Of a stretch of DNA of 64,000 bases, positions 60,854 through 64,000 are shown in pieces (the first letter of the stretch is position 1; each line of letters opens with the position of its first letter). The notes under the pieces are model-generated. The model was not told where the DNA came from and ran no database searches. It worked only from the letters and a program-made list of their open reading frames with translations. The stretch comes from Schmidtea polychroa. Taxonomy: Eukaryota. Both the position numbers and the translations under genes were made by a program. Location: the NCBI GenBank assembly GCA_044892525.1, contig CM097885.1, forward strand, positions 235,292,001 to 235,356,000, written 5' to 3'.

Positions 60854-63800
60854 ATGAAAACAGAGTATCCAATAAAAAAATTTTTTCTAAAAATGAATTG
60901 TAATATTTGCAATAAAGTTTTTAAAAATAAAACTGGATTAATTTCTCACTTAAAATCGAAAGCTCATTTATTAAAAGAAAATAATCTTAATGATACAAAT
61001 TCAAAACTTTGTCTTAAATGTAAAGGAAGATTTCTACATTCTGGATATAATAAACATTTTGAAAATTGTATCGGGAAAAATAGAGAAATATTTACATGTC
61101 CTCATTGTAACTTTTCAACAAAACTAAATTTCTATTATTTAGAACATATAAAAGAATGTAAAAATAAAAAACAAAATTCTGACGATGAGGAATGTCATTC
61201 AGAAGGAGAACCTGATCATGTTGAAAGAGAAAAATATAACTGGGATAATTTTAATCATATAGATGAATTTCAATTAAAAATTAATGGGCCTGCAACTCCT
61301 GGAGAATATATAAATAAAAATAAAAAAAATATTAAAAATTCTTTCACTGAAGCTTTAAAAAATTATAAACCGACAAGGTATAATGTTATAAAATATAAAA
61401 TTATAATCAAAGCAAAATACTGGCGAGGAGCAGAAGAAAAGACAACACCCTTAGATGTTGAAATTGGAATACCTTTTAAATATTTATTTTCAATTAAAGG
61501 ATTTGATAAAACCATCAAAGAAATAATTAAAGCAGCAGAAGCAAAACAAGAGGAAGTAGAAAATGAATTAGGAGATTCAAACTTAGTATTCAACTCTTTC
61601 CAAACTTTAGTGATTGATTATTGGAGAGGATTACCACCCAATCCTAAATCTTATATTCCTACACCCTTTAAATCTAAAAATGTTATAAATGTACAGAATA
61701 ATGATAACAAATGTTTCATCTGGTCAATACTTGCACATTTACATCCTCAAGCAACAAATCCCCAAAGAGTTTCAAAATACAAACAATATGAAAATGAATT
61801 AATATTTCCCAAAGGATTCAAACACCCAATGAAACTAGAAGACATTCCAGAATTTGAAAAATTAAATAATCTTAAACTTAATATTTATGAACATGTTATA
61901 GGGAAAGAAATTATTCCAATTTATATTTCAGATAGTGGAACCAAGGATAACGGAGCACAGGACAACGAGATATATCTTTTAATCTTGGAACAAGAAAATA
62001 ATCAACATTATGTTTTAATAAAAAACTTTCAAGCTTTTACATCTCCAGAGAATCCAACTAGTGGAGGAGGAACATGTAAAAGATGTCTTCATTATTCAAC
62101 AACTAAAAACTCTATGATTAAACATACAAGATTTTGTGAAAAAGATGATCCAGCTTTAATTAAAATGCCTAATAATCCCAAGATGTATTTTAAAAACTTT
62201 TCAAATTTACTACAAACAGTTGGAGTTCTTTATGGTGACTTTGAATCTATAAACCATAAACAAGATTTGGTTTATCAATATTTAAAAATAATAGAAAAAA
62301 ATAAACTCATGGATTTATGGAACTCCTCAGGAGAGAAGATGAAACCAGAGAGGATGAAAGCCTTTCTAAGAAAAAGAAATAAACCTAATAGTGTTAAAAA
62401 AACTAAACAATTACCATCTGCTTATAAATTATTATTTAAAAGTAATTATCCTGAACTCATAGAATCTAGAGAATATTCAATTCTAGGAGGTACCCCTGAA
62501 GAAGTCTTGAATCATTTTACTAAAAATATAAATGATCTAGAACATGAAATATTTAAAATATTAAAAACAAAGTATCCTCAAAATATTTCTAATCAACAAC
62601 AACAAGAATATGAAAACACTTCCAACTGTTGGATGTGTAAACAGAATATTCTTCCTGATGAAAAAGTTATAGATCATGATCATTTAAAAAAGGAAAATAA
62701 TTATCGAGGAGCAGCTCATAAAAATTGCAATCTTAATTGCCATACTCCTAAATTTATACCTGTTATATTTCATAATCTTTTTGGATATGACATACATCTA
62801 TTTATTAAACATTTAGCAGCAAATGCTAAAAACTCTTTCAAAGTTATCGGCTTAACAAAAGAAAAATATAAATCAGTTGAATATGGGAAATTAAAATTTA
62901 TAGACTCGTTAAACTTTCTTCAAATGTCTCTAGATGGAATAGCTAAAACAATGAAACCAGAAGATTTTAAAATCACTCGAGAATTCTTGGAAAAAAATAA
63001 TATTCCTCTAGAAGAATATCCTACATGTTTAGCAAAAGGAATATATCCTTATGACTATGTTGACTCGTTTGAAAGATATAATGAAACAAGTCTTCCTAAC
63101 AAAGAAGATTTCTTTTCAAACTTACTACAATCAGGGATTACAGATCAAGAATATTCTCGAGCATTAAAAATGTGGGAATTATTCAAGTGTAAAACTTTAG
63201 GAGAATATACCAACATGTATTTATCCTTAGATGTTTATATTCTAGCAGATTGCTTTGAAGAATTTACAAACTCTTTTGTTCTTAAACCTTATAATTATAT
63301 AACTGCACCCTCTTTAGCTTGGGATACTATGTTATATACCATTTGGACTTCAAATATAGAAGATGCTGATAAAATTATAGATCTTTTAACTAACCTCGAT
63401 ATGTTTAACCAAATTAAAACAAACATTAGAGGAGGAGTCTCTTCAGTAATGGGGAATAGAGAAATAAAAGCTAGAAATGCAATAACTACTAGCCGAAGAC
63501 TATCTAAACACCCTGATGATCCATATATGAAAATTAACAATGAGGAATTAAAAGAATTATTAGAAACAATGAAAAATCCTATATTTATACTTTATATAGA
63601 TGCAACAGCTTTATATTCAGGAATTATGACTCAATATTTACCAATGAGTGATTTCACTGAAATAGAGAACCCAACAGATGACCTTATGAAAGAAATACTT
63701 TCAACATCGAAAGATTCTCCAATAGGTTACTTTATAGAATGTGACCTCGACTATCCAGATGATATAAATCAGGAACAAGATATTTTCCTTTAGCTCCCAT

Positions 63801-64000
63801 AAGAAGAAAGATTGATATCAACGAACTTTCTGAATGGCAAATCTCACAAGATAAACCTCCAACAATGAAACTTCTTTGTGATCAAACAGATCGAAGGTTT
63901 TATCTTTGTCACTATAGACTCCTCCAATTTTATCTCTCACGAGGAATGATATTAAAAAAAGTTCATAGTGTCATAAGATTTAAACAAGCTCCATTCATGA
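60854..64000 (+). CDS. Protein-primed family B DNA polymerase (Polinton pPolB), frameshifted near 63775 and running off the window
   Basis: N-terminal C2H2 zinc finger; NNDNKCFIWSI...HYVLI; ExoI YGDFES; endonuclease VII-like CWMC...DHDH...YRGAAHKNCN; ExoII FHNLFGYD; KGIYPYDY; ExoIII YLSLDVYIL; motif A YIDATALYS. Continues in the -1 frame as RYFPLAP...KLLCD...HYRLLQFYLSRGMILKKVHSVIRFKQ. Confidence 0.93.

Larger units (their letters stand above)
59582..64000 (+). mobile_element. Polinton/Maverick element, left part (continues beyond window)
   Basis: Candidate terminus AGTAGTGTGG at 59582, 1.27 kb upstream of a protein-primed PolB gene. The right TIR and TSD (predicted AATATC) are not visible. 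Confidence 0.8.

Overview
Very AT-rich eukaryotic (animal-like) genomic DNA with many tiny 36-72 nt GT-AG introns. Host genes: the 3' part of HERC1 (RCC1 repeats plus HECT domain, 8 exons, 980-22019), an intronless arrestin-family gene, COPS4/CSN4 (9 exons) and mitochondrial ribosomal protein L36. Most of the rest is nested mobile DNA. (1) Two large foldback elements with no intact gene (5419-13221 and 22888-36450) have AGT...ACT termini, perfect 6-bp target-site duplications (TSDs) and kb-scale inverted arms, so they look like non-autonomous Polinton/Maverick derivatives. They share homologous cores and nine copies of a conserved TATATA + palindrome + 15-bp iteron module. (2) The probable left end of a pPolB-encoding Polinton (59582 to window end) carries a GC-rich hairpin cluster and a tandem pair of tRNA-like Pol III-type units, reminiscent of adenovirus VA RNAs. 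(3) A 4.15-kb TG...CA element with a 4-bp TSD encodes an unknown protein; that protein family occurs three times, each followed by a conserved, covarying RNA-like structure. Solo-LTR-like repeats, piggyBac, Tc1/IS630, Gypsy integrase, hAT, MULE and Harbinger-like relics are also present. All calls are by eye; no database searches were run.
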